Shown: positions 1 to 13,603, counted from the stretch's first letter. The stretch is DNA of 51,540 nucleotides from Actinomycetota bacterium (GCA_016781105.1 JADDRA010000079.1:3659-55198); one strand, 5' to 3'. Notes: a model not told the origin generated them from the letters alone. Numbers and translations: made by a program.

Positions 1-136
1 GGCCGGGCCCCGCCTCAGCCGGGTCTCGCCACCCGCCGGCCCTCCCGCCGGCCCTCCCCCGCCGGCAGCGGCGGCGCCGTAGGCCCCAGCCGATCCGCCC
101 GGCCAGCCCCGCCTCCACCGGCTGTCCCGGCCCCAG

Positions 137-1270
137 GTGCGCTCGGTGGCGCCGTCGCCCTCGCTCGCCCTTGCGGCGACGCCAGGGGCCGTCGCCGTCG
201 TCCCCACCGACGCCGGCGCCCTGCCGCTGGGCAAGGGGATGTGGCTCTACCTGCCCGAGGAGGTCGAGGGGGGCGACGTCGAGGCCCTGGTGGCCCGGGC
301 CCGCCAGGTGGGCCTCACCCACGTCTACGTGCGCACCGGATCGTCCAAGGGTGGGTTCTACGCCCAGGGCTACCTGGACGAGCTCCTGCCCAAGGCCCAC
401 GCCGCCGGGCTGCGGGTCTACGGGTGGGACTTCCCCTACCTCGACGACGTCGAGGCCGACGTGTCCAGGGCGCTGGCCGCCATCGCCCACACCACACCCG
501 GCGGAGAGCGCCTCGACGGCTTCGCCGCCGACATCGAGACGGCCTCGGAGGGGACCAACCTCAGCGCCGAGCGGGCCGGCGCCTACGGGCAACTCCTGCG
601 GGCGCGCGTCGGCCCGGCCTATTCCCTCGTGGTCGTGGTCCCCCGGCCCTCGGCCAAGATGCAGACCCGCTACCCCTACCAGGCCGTCATCCCTCCGTTC
701 GACGCGGTGGCGCCGATGACCTACTGGCTGAACCGCCAGCCGGACTCCGACGTGGTCAACGACGTCACCTTCCTGGCCTCCTTCGGCAAGCCGGTGCTGC
801 CCATCGGCCAGGCCTACGACGGTTCGCCCGAGGGTGGGCGGCCCGGCCCACCGCCCCCCGAGGAGATCCGGCGCTTCCTCGGCGCGGCCCAGCAGGTGGG
901 CGCGGCCGGGGTGTCGTTCTGGTCGTGGCAGCACGCCACCCAGGCCATCTGGGACACGATCCAAGCGGCGCCCGAGTTCCGCTGGGAGGCGGGGTCCCCG
1001 GGCGAGCTGCGGCCCGAGCAGGTGCGGGCGCTGCAGTTCCAGCTCAGCCGGCTCGGCTTCCCCGTCGCCGCCAGCGGGACCTGGGACGAGGCGACCGCGG
1101 CGGCCCTGGCCGACTACCAGCAACGGGCGCTCCTGCCCAGGACCGCGGTCCTCGACGCCGCCACCCTCGCCGTGCTCATGGAGCCCTTCAACCCCCCGCT
1201 GGCCGACCTCCCCGGCCAGGGGCACGACCGCGGCCGGCTCGACCTCGGCCTGCTCCGCCTCGGCGGGTAG
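137..1270 (+). CDS. Putative glycoside hydrolase-like (TIM-barrel) protein with C-terminal peptidoglycan-binding domain
   Basis: GKGMWLY...GLTHVYVRTG, FAADIE (DxE-like), SFWSWQH; C-terminal VRALQFQLSRLGF...GTWDEATAAALADYQ resembles PG_binding_1. Start uncertain; in-frame TAG at 80-82. Confidence 0.55.
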   Translation: MRSVAPSPSLALAATPGAVAVVPTDAGALPLGKGMWLYLPEEVEGGDVEALVARARQVGLTHVYVRTGSSKGGFYAQGYLDELLPKAHAAGLRVYGWDFPYLDDVEADVSRALAAIAHTTPGGERLDGFAADIETASEGTNLSAERAGAYGQLLRARVGPAYSLVVVVPRPSAKMQTRYPYQAVIPPFDAVAPMTYWLNRQPDSDVVNDVTFLASFGKPVLPIGQAYDGSPEGGRPGPPPPEEIRRFLGAAQQVGAAGVSFWSWQHATQAIWDTIQAAPEFRWEAGSPGELRPEQVRALQFQLSRLGFPVAASGTWDEATAAALADYQQRALLPRTAVLDAATLAVLMEPFNPPLADLPGQGHDRGRLDLGLLRLGG

Positions 1271-1335
1271 GCGGAACGGCCCCCGCCGGACGGCCACCGG
1301 CCGCGTGGCCAGCGGCGTGCCTGCCCCGTCGCTGT

Positions 1336-1386
1336 GGCTTTGTGGGCACTTGTGGACCTCTACGGTTCGGAACTGCCCACAAAGCC
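1336..1386. repeat. 51-bp hairpin element (13-bp perfect arms, 25-nt spacer), copy A
   Basis: GGCTTTGTGGGCA (1336-1348) / TGCCCACAAAGCC (1374-1386), between convergent genes; same geometry as 48205-48255. Confidence 0.75.
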
Positions 1387-2247
1387 CGGGTGTGGCGGGC
1401 GTGGCTGCTGGGGCTGGTTCCACTCGCTCCAGCCCGCACCGGTGCGCCCGTCGGCTACGCGGTAGCGGCACAGCGAGCGGGCCAGGCGGCTCGTGCGTGC
1501 CCCGGGGCCCACGACCAGGACCGGCGCGTGGTGGAGCGCCTCGACCGCGACCTCGGTGGTGGTCCCGGGGAGGACGAGGCGGCCGGGACGAGGCAGGCCC
1601 TCGGGGCCGAGGGCCGGTGCCGAGCCAGAGCGGTGGTCGTGCCAGGGCAAGCCGTCGTCCAGGCGCCCGCGGGTGTCGCACCACGTGTGCTCCCACCACC
1701 GCCGGTCCCCCCAGGCGTGGCTGCGCCCACCCCACCCGTCGACGCCGAGGACCTCGGGGCCCACGAGCACCTCGCCGTGGACCTGGCAGGGCAGGTGGTA
1801 CCCGTCGGGGTGGGGGTGGTGGTGGGCGCCGCCGGTCGTCTCCCACTCCAGGTCCAAGCCGAGTGCGGTGCGGTCGCCCCGCCCGCTGCGGTAGGCCTCG
1901 GTGGGGTCGTCCAGGGCGACGCCGAAGGCCTCCAGCCCCACGCTCCAGTGCTCCAGGGGCGTCTCGCAGGTGAGCGAGGTCCACAACCCCTCGGCCCGCA
2001 GGTCCAGCGAGGGGGAGCCAGGGGCCGGCAGCCTGAGCTCGTGGTCGACGACCGTGACCAGGGGCCGGCCCCGGCCCACCAGGGCCGCCCAGAACCAGGC
2101 GACCTGCCGGCCGGGTCGCAGGGTCAGGCGGACGTAGCCGGCGAGCTCGGCCTCGGCCGTGTGGAACTCGAGGTCCCACGATTCCTCCCACTCCGGCTGG
2201 CCCGGATCGAGACGGTGCCGACCCTCGTCGCCGGGCACCAGCTCCAT
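1360..2247 (-). CDS. Conserved hypothetical protein (Trp-rich, probable beta-barrel, tocopherol-cyclase/lipocalin-like)
   Basis: DEGRH...WEESW, GYVRL, CETPLEHW, GRSHAWG motifs; TACCCT -10 box 7 nt before the ATG. Confidence 0.6.
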   Translation of the reverse strand: MELVPGDEGRHRLDPGQPEWEESWDLEFHTAEAELAGYVRLTLRPGRQVAWFWAALVGRGRPLVTVVDHELRLPAPGSPSLDLRAEGLWTSLTCETPLEHWSVGLEAFGVALDDPTEAYRSGRGDRTALGLDLEWETTGGAHHHPHPDGYHLPCQVHGEVLVGPEVLGVDGWGGRSHAWGDRRWWEHTWCDTRGRLDDGLPWHDHRSGSAPALGPEGLPRPGRLVLPGTTTEVAVEALHHAPVLVVGPGARTSRLARSLCRYRVADGRTGAGWSEWNQPQQPRPPHPGFVGSSEP

Positions 2248-2300
2248 CGTGGGCAGGGTAGTGAGGGGCCCGAGCCGGGCCGTCCTGCCAGGATGGCGCC

Positions 2301-2690
2301 GTGGCCCGCTTCCTCAGCCCCGACTGGATTGCCGAGGCGTCGGCGACGGCCGCAGCGAGCGACGAGCTGGCGGCGCCGACCGCGGGCGTGACGCTGGTGG
2401 TCCAGCAGGTCGTGACCGGTGGGCCGGACGGCGAGGTGCGCTACGTGGTGACGATCGACGACGGGCACGTCGCCCTGCGCGCCGGCGAGGACGGTGAGGC
2501 CGACGTCACCTTCACGCTCGACTGGGACACCGCGGTGGCGATGGCCACCGGTGGGATCGGCGGCCAGGAGGCGTTCACCAGCGGGCGCCTGCGGATGCGG
2601 GGCGACGTCGGCGTCCTGTTGCGCCACGGGCCCACGCTGGCCGGCCTGAGCACGGTCTTCGCCGGGCTGCGGGAGCGGACGACCTACTGA
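2301..2690 (+). CDS. SCP2 sterol-binding domain protein
   Basis: FLSPDW N-terminus, ADVTFT, AFTSGRLRMRGDV typical of SCP2. Confidence 0.8.
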   Translation: MARFLSPDWIAEASATAAASDELAAPTAGVTLVVQQVVTGGPDGEVRYVVTIDDGHVALRAGEDGEADVTFTLDWDTAVAMATGGIGGQEAFTSGRLRMRGDVGVLLRHGPTLAGLSTVFAGLRERTTY

Positions 2691-2710
2691 CGGCGTGCGA
2701 CGGCCGACCG

Positions 2711-3079
2711 CTAGGCCCCGAGGAAGGCCAGCAACAGGGCGCTCCCGACGAAGGGCAGGATGAAGAACAGCACGAACGTCGCCGCTCCTATCCATCCCAG
2801 CACGATGCCGGCCGTCGCCATGCCGGCACCACCTTCGCCCCGCTCGGCGATCTGGCTCTTGGCCACGTAGCCGAAGACCAGGGCGAGGATCGAACCGATC
2901 CAGAAGATCCACACGATCCCCAGCACCATGGAGGCAACGGCCATGCCGTTGGTGGGGCGAGGTTGGCCGTAGGCCCCGTACTGCCCCGCCTGCGGGGGCG
3001 GCGCCCACTGTTGGGGTGGCGGCTGGCCCCATCGGGGGGACGGGTTCGGGCCGGGCTCGTGCGGATCCGTGTGGGGCAT
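2711..3079 (-). CDS. DUF4190-family membrane protein
   Basis: Pro/Gln-rich N-terminus, then TNGMAVASMVLGI...FGYVAKSQI...G.GMATAGIVLGW. Confidence 0.85.
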   Translation of the reverse strand: MPHTDPHEPGPNPSPRWGQPPPQQWAPPPQAGQYGAYGQPRPTNGMAVASMVLGIVWIFWIGSILALVFGYVAKSQIAERGEGGAGMATAGIVLGWIGAATFVLFFILPFVGSALLLAFLGA

Positions 3080-3243
3080 CGGGCTGTCCTCCGGCTGGTG
3101 ACGCTACTTCCCTCACCGATCCGGGCGTGACGCCTTCCCGCGAGGCGGTGCCGCACATTGCCCCTCAAGCCCGCGGCAACCGCTCCCGATAGTGGCCGTG
3201 GAAGCCGGCGCCGAGCCAGCCGGCCTGACCGACGAGGGGCAGG

Positions 3244-3741
3244 ATGATGCCACCAGGCACCACAGGGACGAGCCGGGATCAGCCGAGACGGTGGTCGCGG
3301 CGCGTTCGTGGCCAGCGAGGAGCGGTGCTCGTCGAGTTCGCCCTCGTGGTCGTCCTGCTGTTCTTCGTCCTCTACGGCATCGTCGCCTACGGCATGGCCA
3401 TCGCCCTGCGCCAGAGCATGGGCCAAGCCACGGGCGAGGCGGTTCGCGCCGCGGTGGTGTCAGCTGCCGCCACGCCCGCCGAGCGGGAGGCCGAGGCCGA
3501 GGCGTTCGCCGAGGCGTCCACCAACGGCTTGGGCAAGCCCGGCTACGGCGACGCCGATGCGACCGTCGCCACCTGCGCCAGCTTCGCGCCGGCCGCGACG
3601 CCGCCTCCCGGCGGTCAGTGCATCGAGGTCGTCTTCACCTACGACTACCGCGGTGACGGCGCCATCGTGCCCGGCGGACCCTTCGGGGTGGTCCTCCCCG
3701 ATACCCTCACGGCCAGCGCCGTGGGCCGGATCGTGCCATGA
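3244..3741 (+). CDS. TadE-like pseudopilin
   Basis: QRG|AVLVEFALV prepilin cleavage motif followed by a hydrophobic helix. Confidence 0.8.
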   Translation: MMPPGTTGTSRDQPRRWSRRVRGQRGAVLVEFALVVVLLFFVLYGIVAYGMAIALRQSMGQATGEAVRAAVVSAAATPAEREAEAEAFAEASTNGLGKPGYGDADATVATCASFAPAATPPPGGQCIEVVFTYDYRGDGAIVPGGPFGVVLPDTLTASAVGRIVP

Positions 3742-5384
3742 GCACCGGTTCCCTGCTCCGACGCAACGCCGACGGTGAGCGAGGCGCCGTACTGGTCTTC
3801 GCCGCGGTCGGCCTGGTCGTGGCCATCTTCGCCGCCGCCATGGCCATCGACGTCGGCTCGGTCATCTGGCGCAAGCGCGACCTGCAGGTGGTCGCCGACC
3901 TGGCCGCAACCGACACCGCCCAGCAGCTGGCCACCCTGACCGGTGGCGCCACCCAGGCCGCCGCCGACCAACTGGCCCGGGAGAGCGCCACCCGCAACGA
4001 CTTCGCCTTCGCCGCCACCGGCAACAGCCTGGTGGTCGAGCTCGGTACCTTCGGTCCGACCGGGAGCTTCGTGCTCTCGGCGCCGGCCGACGCCACCGCG
4101 GTGCAGGTCACGGCCCGGCGCCTGGTCGACCACACCTTCTTCCCCGGCGGCACCGGCACCACCGTCACCACCCGGGCCGTCGCCTCCTTCACCAACGAGC
4201 CCCGCGCCGCGTTCTCCATCGGCTCCAAGCTGGCGTCACTCGACACCCGGACCAGCAACGTGCTCGGGCCGGTGCTCAGCGAGTTGCTCGGCGTGAACCC
4301 GGCGCTGACCGCAGGCGTGGCGACCTACGAGGGGTTGGCCTCGAGCGCCGTCGCGCTGGGTGACCTGGCCGCCGAGCTGGGCTTCGCCACCGTCGATGAG
4401 CTCCTCGCCGCCAACGTCCGCGTCCCCCAGCTGGCGGACGCCGCCGCCCAGATCTTCGATCGGGACGGCACCGTCGACGCCAGCGTGGTCAACGCCCTCC
4501 TCGCCATCGCCGTCGACGGCGACAGCAGCGTGGACAGCCGGGTCGTCGCCTTTGGCAGCATCGTCGAGGTCGAGCAGGGCCAGGGCGACGCCGCTGCAGC
4601 CATGGGCGTCAACGTCCTCGACCTGCTCACCAGCGCCGGCCAGCGGGCCACGGTCGCCAGCGGGACGAGCTTCCTGACCGTCCCCCTGAACGTGGCCATC
4701 CCCGGGCTGGCCTCGTCGTCGCTGCGCCTCGACCTCATCGAACCCGCCGTCATCTCGGCCTTTGGCCCCGTTGGCACACAGGCCGAGACCGCCCAGATCG
4801 AGACCACCCTCACGACCCGCATCGAGGTGACGACGCCCAGCATCTGCGTGCTCCTGGTCTGCATTCCCCGCCTGCTAACGGTCGACCTCCCGATCGTGGT
4901 CACCGGCGCCGACGCGGTCGGCACCATCTCCGACATCCGCTGCCTGGTCCCCGAACCCGAGAGCGAGGTCGACATCACCGTCGTCACCGGAGGAGCGTCG
5001 GCGACGGCGAACGCCACGGCCAGCATCGTCGACATCGGCGTCGACGCGGCCAGCGCCGGGCCCATCGAAATCGGTCCCGATGTCACCAACCCACCGCTCA
5101 CCTTCCCCGGTCCCGCCGATCCCAGCCCCATGGTGTTCCCCTCGGCGATCCAGTCGACGCCCGGGGCACAGACGCTGGCCACCAGCTTGATCACCGATGC
5201 GCAGCTGAGCCTGGCGGGCCTCGACGCCGGACAGCTCCTGAGCCTGGTGCGGCCGGTCACCGACCAGATCGACGCCGTCATCCTCAACCCGTTGTTCGAT
5301 GCCCTCGGGCTCTCGGTCGGCGGTGCCGACCTTCGCACCCGGGGAGTGGAGTGCGACGGGGGGTCGTCCCGGCTGGTGCAGTAG
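3738..5384 (+). CDS. TadG-like pilus assembly protein (Tad domain, large C-terminal extracellular region)
   Basis: ERG|AVLVF, AIDVG...KRDLQVVADLAA motif; ATGA overlap with the TadE gene. Confidence 0.75.
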   Translation: MSTGSLLRRNADGERGAVLVFAAVGLVVAIFAAAMAIDVGSVIWRKRDLQVVADLAATDTAQQLATLTGGATQAAADQLARESATRNDFAFAATGNSLVVELGTFGPTGSFVLSAPADATAVQVTARRLVDHTFFPGGTGTTVTTRAVASFTNEPRAAFSIGSKLASLDTRTSNVLGPVLSELLGVNPALTAGVATYEGLASSAVALGDLAAELGFATVDELLAANVRVPQLADAAAQIFDRDGTVDASVVNALLAIAVDGDSSVDSRVVAFGSIVEVEQGQGDAAAAMGVNVLDLLTSAGQRATVASGTSFLTVPLNVAIPGLASSSLRLDLIEPAVISAFGPVGTQAETAQIETTLTTRIEVTTPSICVLLVCIPRLLTVDLPIVVTGADAVGTISDIRCLVPEPESEVDITVVTGGASATANATASIVDIGVDAASAGPIEIGPDVTNPPLTFPGPADPSPMVFPSAIQSTPGAQTLATSLITDAQLSLAGLDAGQLLSLVRPVTDQIDAVILNPLFDALGLSVGGADLRTRGVECDGGSSRLVQ

Positions 5385-5387
5385 GCC

Positions 5388-5948
5388 CTAGCGGGCGAAC
5401 AGCTCCCGGACGCTCAGGTTGAAGCCGGGGAGCTGGGGCGAGCCCAGCTCGTGCTCGGTCACCAGGGTCAGGTGGACGTCGAACACCGGGGCCTCGGGCG
5501 ACGAACGACGGTGGACCAGGACCACCTCGGCCTCGGTGTCGACCAGCCACAGCTCTGGCAGCCCGGCCCGTTCGTAGGTGTCCTTCTTGACCTCGGTGTC
5601 GTGGCGCCAGGTCGACGGCGAGCTGACTTCGACGGCGAGGTCGGGCGGACCTTCCAGGCTGCGTGCACCCTCACCTGGACGACGCGCCTCGGTCACCCAC
5701 CACAGGCCCGGGGCGAACACGTTGCGCTCGTCGAGCACCACGTCGACCGCGATGCCGGCCTCGCCTCGCCCCGGCCCCTCCTCGGTCCACTCGGCGAGGC
5801 AGCGAGCCAGGAACATGACGATGCGCTGGTGACGGAAGCTGGCTTCGGTCACGATGATCTCCCCGTCGATGAGCTGGGTGAAGCGGTACTCGTCGAGGGG
5901 AAGCTCGAGGAACTCGTCGGCCGTGAGCCCTTGATCGGCCAGCGCCAT
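5388..5948 (-). CDS. Uma2-family (PD-(D/E)xK) endonuclease-like protein
   Basis: LTADEF, QLIDGEI, RHQ, PDLAVEVSSPST, KKDTYERAGLPELWLVD; ATG at 5948. Confidence 0.85.
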   Translation of the reverse strand: MALADQGLTADEFLELPLDEYRFTQLIDGEIIVTEASFRHQRIVMFLARCLAEWTEEGPGRGEAGIAVDVVLDERNVFAPGLWWVTEARRPGEGARSLEGPPDLAVEVSSPSTWRHDTEVKKDTYERAGLPELWLVDTEAEVVLVHRRSSPEAPVFDVHLTLVTEHELGSPQLPGFNLSVRELFAR

Positions 5949-5984
5949 CAAGACCAGGCTACCCACGCCCTGGGACAGGGTCGC

Positions 5985-6989
5985 TCAGCCGAGCAGGCCC
6001 AGGGCCTCCACCGCTTCGGCCTCGTCGACCAGCTCCGACACCGAGGCGTCGATCCGTTCCCGCGAGAACCGACCGATCTCCAACCCGGCGACGATCGACC
6101 ACTCGCCGTCGGCACACGTCACCGGGAACGACGACACCAGGCCCTCGGGCACCCCGTAGGAGCCGTCGGAGACCACCGCCATCGACGTCCAGTCGTCGTC
6201 GGGGGTGCCCGCCACCCAGTCGCGCACGTGGTCGATGGCCGCCGCCGCGGCCGAGCCGGCACTCGACGCGCCGCGGGCGGCGATGATGGCGGCCCCCCGC
6301 CCCTGGACCCCGGGGACGAAGTCGCCCTCGAGCCAGGCCTGATCGTCGTGCAGCGCGTCCAGGGCCGGCCTCGAACCCACCCGGGCGTGGGACACGTCGG
6401 GGTACTGCGTGGACGAGTGGTTGCCCCAGATCGTCATGCGGCTGACCTCGCCGACCGACACCCCCACCCTGGCTGCCAGGCTCGCCTTGGCCCGGTTGTG
6501 GTCGAGGCGGGTCATGGCGCTGAAGTGGCGGGGGTCCAGGCCGGGGGCGTTGCGCTGGGCGATGAGGCAGTTGCTGTTGGCCGGGTTGCCGACCACGAGC
6601 ACCCGCACGTCGGGCGAGGCCCGCTCGGCCAGGGCCCGGCCCTGGACGCCGAAGATGGCGCCGTTGGCCTCCAGCAGATCGGCCCGCTCCATCCCCGCGG
6701 TGCGAGGCCGGGACCCGACCAACAGGGCGAGCTCGACCGAATCGAAGGCGGCACCGGAATCGTCGCTGCAGGTCAGCCCCTCGAGCAGGGGGAAGGCGCA
6801 GTCGGCCAGCTCCATGGCCACGCCCTCCAGCGCAGGCAGGGCCGGGGCGATCTCCAGGAGCTGGAGGACGACGGGCTGGTCGGGACCGAGCAGATCGCCG
6901 GCGGCGATGCGAAAGACCAGGCTGTAGCCGATCTGGCCCGCTGCCCCGGTGACGGCGACCCGGACGGGAGCGACGGCGGGCGGCGGCAT
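5985..6989 (-). CDS. mdh: Malate dehydrogenase (type 2)
   Basis: [38 protein letters not shown]; start trimmed to ATG 6989. Confidence 0.95.
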   Translation of the reverse strand: MPPPAVAPVRVAVTGAAGQIGYSLVFRIAAGDLLGPDQPVVLQLLEIAPALPALEGVAMELADCAFPLLEGLTCSDDSGAAFDSVELALLVGSRPRTAGMERADLLEANGAIFGVQGRALAERASPDVRVLVVGNPANSNCLIAQRNAPGLDPRHFSAMTRLDHNRAKASLAARVGVSVGEVSRMTIWGNHSSTQYPDVSHARVGSRPALDALHDDQAWLEGDFVPGVQGRGAAIIAARGASSAGSAAAAAIDHVRDWVAGTPDDDWTSMAVVSDGSYGVPEGLVSSFPVTCADGEWSIVAGLEIGRFSRERIDASVSELVDEAEAVEALGLLG

Positions 6990-7023
6990 CGCGCCAGTCA
7001 AGCGCACTTCCCGGCCCCGACAC

Positions 7024-7076
7024 CGTTCTGGCCCCACGAGAGGCCGGAAGTCGACGGTCTCGTGGGGCCACAAGCG
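7024..7076. repeat. Hairpin element between lon and mdh
   Basis: TGGCCCCACGAGA (7029-7041) / TCTCGTGGGGCCA (7058-7070), perfect 13-bp arms, extendable to a CGTTCT terminus. Confidence 0.65.
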
Positions 7077-7087
7077 GAGGAGAGGCC

Positions 7088-7107
7088 GCGGCTCAGGCGG
7101 CGGCGGC

Positions 7108-7119
<12 letters not shown>
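7088..7119. repeat. 15-bp tandem duplication spanning the lon stop codon
   Basis: GCGGCTCAGGCGGCG at 7088-7102 and 7103-7117. Confidence 0.7.
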
Positions 7120-9558
<2,439 letters not shown>

Positions 9559-9567
9559 ACCGGTTGT

Positions 9568-9594
9568 AACGATGATTACGGGCTGGCTATTTCC
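9568..9594 (-). promoter_or_regulatory. SigR/SigH-type ECF sigma promoter candidate for lon
   Basis: Minus strand GGAAAT-N18-GTT, ending 9 nt before the lon ATG. Confidence 0.55.
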
Positions 9595-9637
9595 ACCCCA
9601 GCCTGCCGACAGCCAGTTCTCGACGCGGCGGCACCCG

Positions 9638-11068
9638 CTAGCGCTGGATGGCCTTGGTCTCCAGGTACTCCTCCAGCCCGGCCACCCCCAGCTCCCGACC
9701 GTTGCCCGACTGCTTGTAGCCCCCGAAGGGGGCCCGGGGGTTGAACATGGCCCCGTTGATCTCCACCTGCCCGGTGCGCAGGCGCCGGGCCACGGCGAGG
9801 GCACGCTCGGGGTCGGCCGACCACACCCCCCCGGCCAGGCCGTAGTCCGAGTCGTTGGCCAGGGCGACCGCCTCCTCCTCGGAGTCGTAGGCCAGGATGG
9901 CCAGCACCGGCCCGAAGACCTCCTGGCGGGCCAGGGCGCTGTCGGGCCGCACCTCGGAGAAGATCGTCGGGCGCACGAAGTACCCCCGATCCAGTCCCTC
10001 GGGCGGCTCGGGCCCCCCCACGACGAGCCGGGCGCCCTCCTCGAGCGCCTGGAGGATCGCGGCGCGCACCCGCTCTCGCTGCTCGAAGGATGCCAGCGGC
10101 CCGATCGTGGTTCCCGCCGCGAAGGGGTCACCGGGGACGTAGGTGGCCGCGGCCTCGGCCGCCCGGTCCTCGACCTCGGACAGCGCGGCCCGGGGCACCA
10201 GCAGGCGGGTGAGCGCCGAGCAGGTCTGGCCGGCGTTGAGGAAGCACTTGGCCACCCCGTCGGGCACGGCCTGGTCGAGGGGGGCGTCGTCGAGGACGAC
10301 GTTGGCCGACTTGCCCCCCAGCTCCAGCGCCACCCGCTTCACGGTCCGGGCCGCCACCTCGCCCACCCGCCGGCCGGCGCCGGTCGAGCCGGTGAAGGAC
10401 ACCATGTCGACCTCGGCGTGGGACACCAGGGCCTCACCCACCGGTCCCGCCCCGGTGACCAGGTTGAGCACGCCGGCGGGGAGCCCGACCTCCTCGGCCA
10501 GCTCGGCCAGGACGAAGGCCGACAGCGGCGCCACCTCAGAGGGCTTGAGCACCACGGTGCACCCGGCGGCCAGGGCCGGCGCGACCTTGGCCACCGCCTG
10601 GTGCAGCGGGTAGTTCCAGGGGGTGACGGCGGCCACCACCCCGACCGGCTCGCGCACGACGAGCGACGGAGGCTCCTCCACCTCGAAGGGGAAGTCGGCA
10701 ACCAGCTCGGCGGCGTGGGCCAGGGTGAGCGTGGGCAGCCCGACGTGGATCAGCACGCTCAGGTTCTCGGGCGTGCCCACCTCCCGGGCCACGAGGGTGG
10801 CGATCTCGTCGGCGCGCGCCGCCATCGCCGCGCCCAGCGCCGACAGCAGGCCGGCCCGCTCCGGCACCGGCGTCTGCGACCAGGCGGGCAGGGCATGGCG
10901 CGCCGCGGCCACCGCCCGATCGACGTCGGCCGGGCTCGCCTCGGGGACACTGCCCATGACCTCCTCGGTGGCCGCTTCGATCACGTCGCGCGAGCCCGAG
11001 CCGTCGGGCACCACCCACCGTCCGCCGAGGTAGAGCCGGTCTCGCCGGTGGAACGGGCCTCCCGTCAC
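9638..11068 (-). CDS. NAD(P)-dependent aldehyde dehydrogenase
   Basis: [44 protein letters not shown]. Confidence 0.95.
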   Translation of the reverse strand: MTGGPFHRRDRLYLGGRWVVPDGSGSRDVIEAATEEVMGSVPEASPADVDRAVAAARHALPAWSQTPVPERAGLLSALGAAMAARADEIATLVAREVGTPENLSVLIHVGLPTLTLAHAAELVADFPFEVEEPPSLVVREPVGVVAAVTPWNYPLHQAVAKVAPALAAGCTVVLKPSEVAPLSAFVLAELAEEVGLPAGVLNLVTGAGPVGEALVSHAEVDMVSFTGSTGAGRRVGEVAARTVKRVALELGGKSANVVLDDAPLDQAVPDGVAKCFLNAGQTCSALTRLLVPRAALSEVEDRAAEAAATYVPGDPFAAGTTIGPLASFEQRERVRAAILQALEEGARLVVGGPEPPEGLDRGYFVRPTIFSEVRPDSALARQEVFGPVLAILAYDSEEEAVALANDSDYGLAGGVWSADPERALAVARRLRTGQVEINGAMFNPRAPFGGYKQSGNGRELGVAGLEEYLETKAIQR

Positions 11069-11075
11069 CGGCTCA

Positions 11076-12272
<1,197 letters not shown>

Positions 12273-12281
12273 CGGGAGAGG

Positions 12282-13181
12282 TTACCGGCGGTCCGCGATG
12301 ACGTCGAAGGGTGGTCTCCCCGGGCCGAGGCCGAGGTTGGCGTAGATCTCCCTGGTCGCGGTGGAGCGGTTGAGGGTGTAGAAGTGCAACCCCGGCGCCC
12401 CCCCGTCGAGCAGCTCGGCGCACAGCTCGGTGGCCACCTCCACCCCGATTCGGCGCACGTCCTCGGGGCGGTCGGCCACGGCCTGGAGGCGCTCGGCCAG
12501 CTCGGGCGGGAAGGCCGCCCCCGAGAGGGCGGCGAAGCGCTCGACCTGGCCCACGTTGGTGACGGGCATGACCCCGGGGACCACCGGGCGCTCGACGCCC
12601 AAGGCGTCGAGCTCCTCGACCATGGTGAAGTAGTCGCGTGCCCGGAAGAAGAACTGGGTGATGCCGAAGTCGGCGGCAGCCAGCTTGGCCGCCAGGTGGC
12701 GGCGGTCATCGGTGCGGGTCGTCGAGCGGGGATGGCCCTCGGGGTGGGCGGCCACGCCCACCGAGAACGGACCCCGCTCCCGGACGAGCTCCACCAGCTC
12801 CAGGGCGTAGCGGAAGTCGACGGGAGGGGGTGCGGACGTGGTGCCTGACGGGGGGTCCCCGGCCAGGGCCAGGATGTTCTCCACGCCGGCCTCCCGGTAG
12901 CCGTCGAGGATCTCGACCAGCTCGGCTCGCCGGTGGCCGGCGCAGGTCAGATGGGCCATGGGGGTCATCGACGTGGCCGCCAGGATGTCGAGCACGATCT
13001 CGCGGGTGCGGGCCCGGGTGCTCCCGCCGGCACCGTAGGTGACCGACACGAACGAGGGGGCCAACGGCTCCAGCTCGGCCAGGGCCTTCTCCAGGGCTCG
13101 TGCCGCCTCGTCGGTGCGGGGCGGGAAGAACTCGAAGGAGACGCAGGGGCCGGCGCCGAGGAGCTCGTGGACCTTGGCCAT
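12282..13181 (-). CDS. metF: 5,10-methylenetetrahydrofolate reductase
   Basis: SFEFFPP, SVTYGAGGS, AHLTC, GDPP, HPEGH, ITQFFF, HFYTLN; start ATG 13181. Confidence 0.93.
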   Translation of the reverse strand: MAKVHELLGAGPCVSFEFFPPRTDEAARALEKALAELEPLAPSFVSVTYGAGGSTRARTREIVLDILAATSMTPMAHLTCAGHRRAELVEILDGYREAGVENILALAGDPPSGTTSAPPPVDFRYALELVELVRERGPFSVGVAAHPEGHPRSTTRTDDRRHLAAKLAAADFGITQFFFRARDYFTMVEELDALGVERPVVPGVMPVTNVGQVERFAALSGAAFPPELAERLQAVADRPEDVRRIGVEVATELCAELLDGGAPGLHFYTLNRSTATREIYANLGLGPGRPPFDVIADRR

Positions 13182-13308
13182 GGGGCGCCTCAGGCTAGCC
13201 CTCGGATCTCGGCGCCTCGGGGCTTCAGGCCTCGGCCCCACCTGCCGATACGAGGAGGAGGAGGAGCGGGGGCGACGGGTGCCCACCGCCGGGCAGGAGG
13301 AGCCACCC

Positions 13309-13491
13309 ATGGCATGGCCGATGCACCTCAAGCAGCGCCACCGTGACCACGTCGTGCACCGCTGGGAGCGGCCGCCCCAGGTGGAGGAGGGCCAGATTGC
13401 CCTGGTCCACGCCCCTCGGGCCGGCGTCCTCCTCGAGCACCGGGCGGCCGATGCCGACCAGCCCGAGGACGTCGTCGACCAGCCGGTCTGA
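13309..13491 (+). CDS. Small hypothetical protein (60 aa)
   Basis: AGGAGG (13295-13300) 8 nt before ATG; MAWPMHLKQRHRDHVVHRWE...DVVDQPV; GC3-rich codons. Confidence 0.45.
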   Translation: MAWPMHLKQRHRDHVVHRWERPPQVEEGQIALVHAPRAGVLLEHRAADADQPEDVVDQPV

Positions 13492-13603
13492 ACGACCAGC
13501 CCCGCGTCCCGCGCCACCTCCCGAGCCCATGTCGTCGCCCATGGCCGACCTGCTGGTAGGAAAGAGTCGAACGCAGCGTCGAGACGATCCGGGAGGTGAC
13601 GAG

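Noticed and set aside
32-58. 12-bp tandem CCCGCCGGCCCT at the window start
   Set aside because: Low-complexity GC sequence with truncated context.
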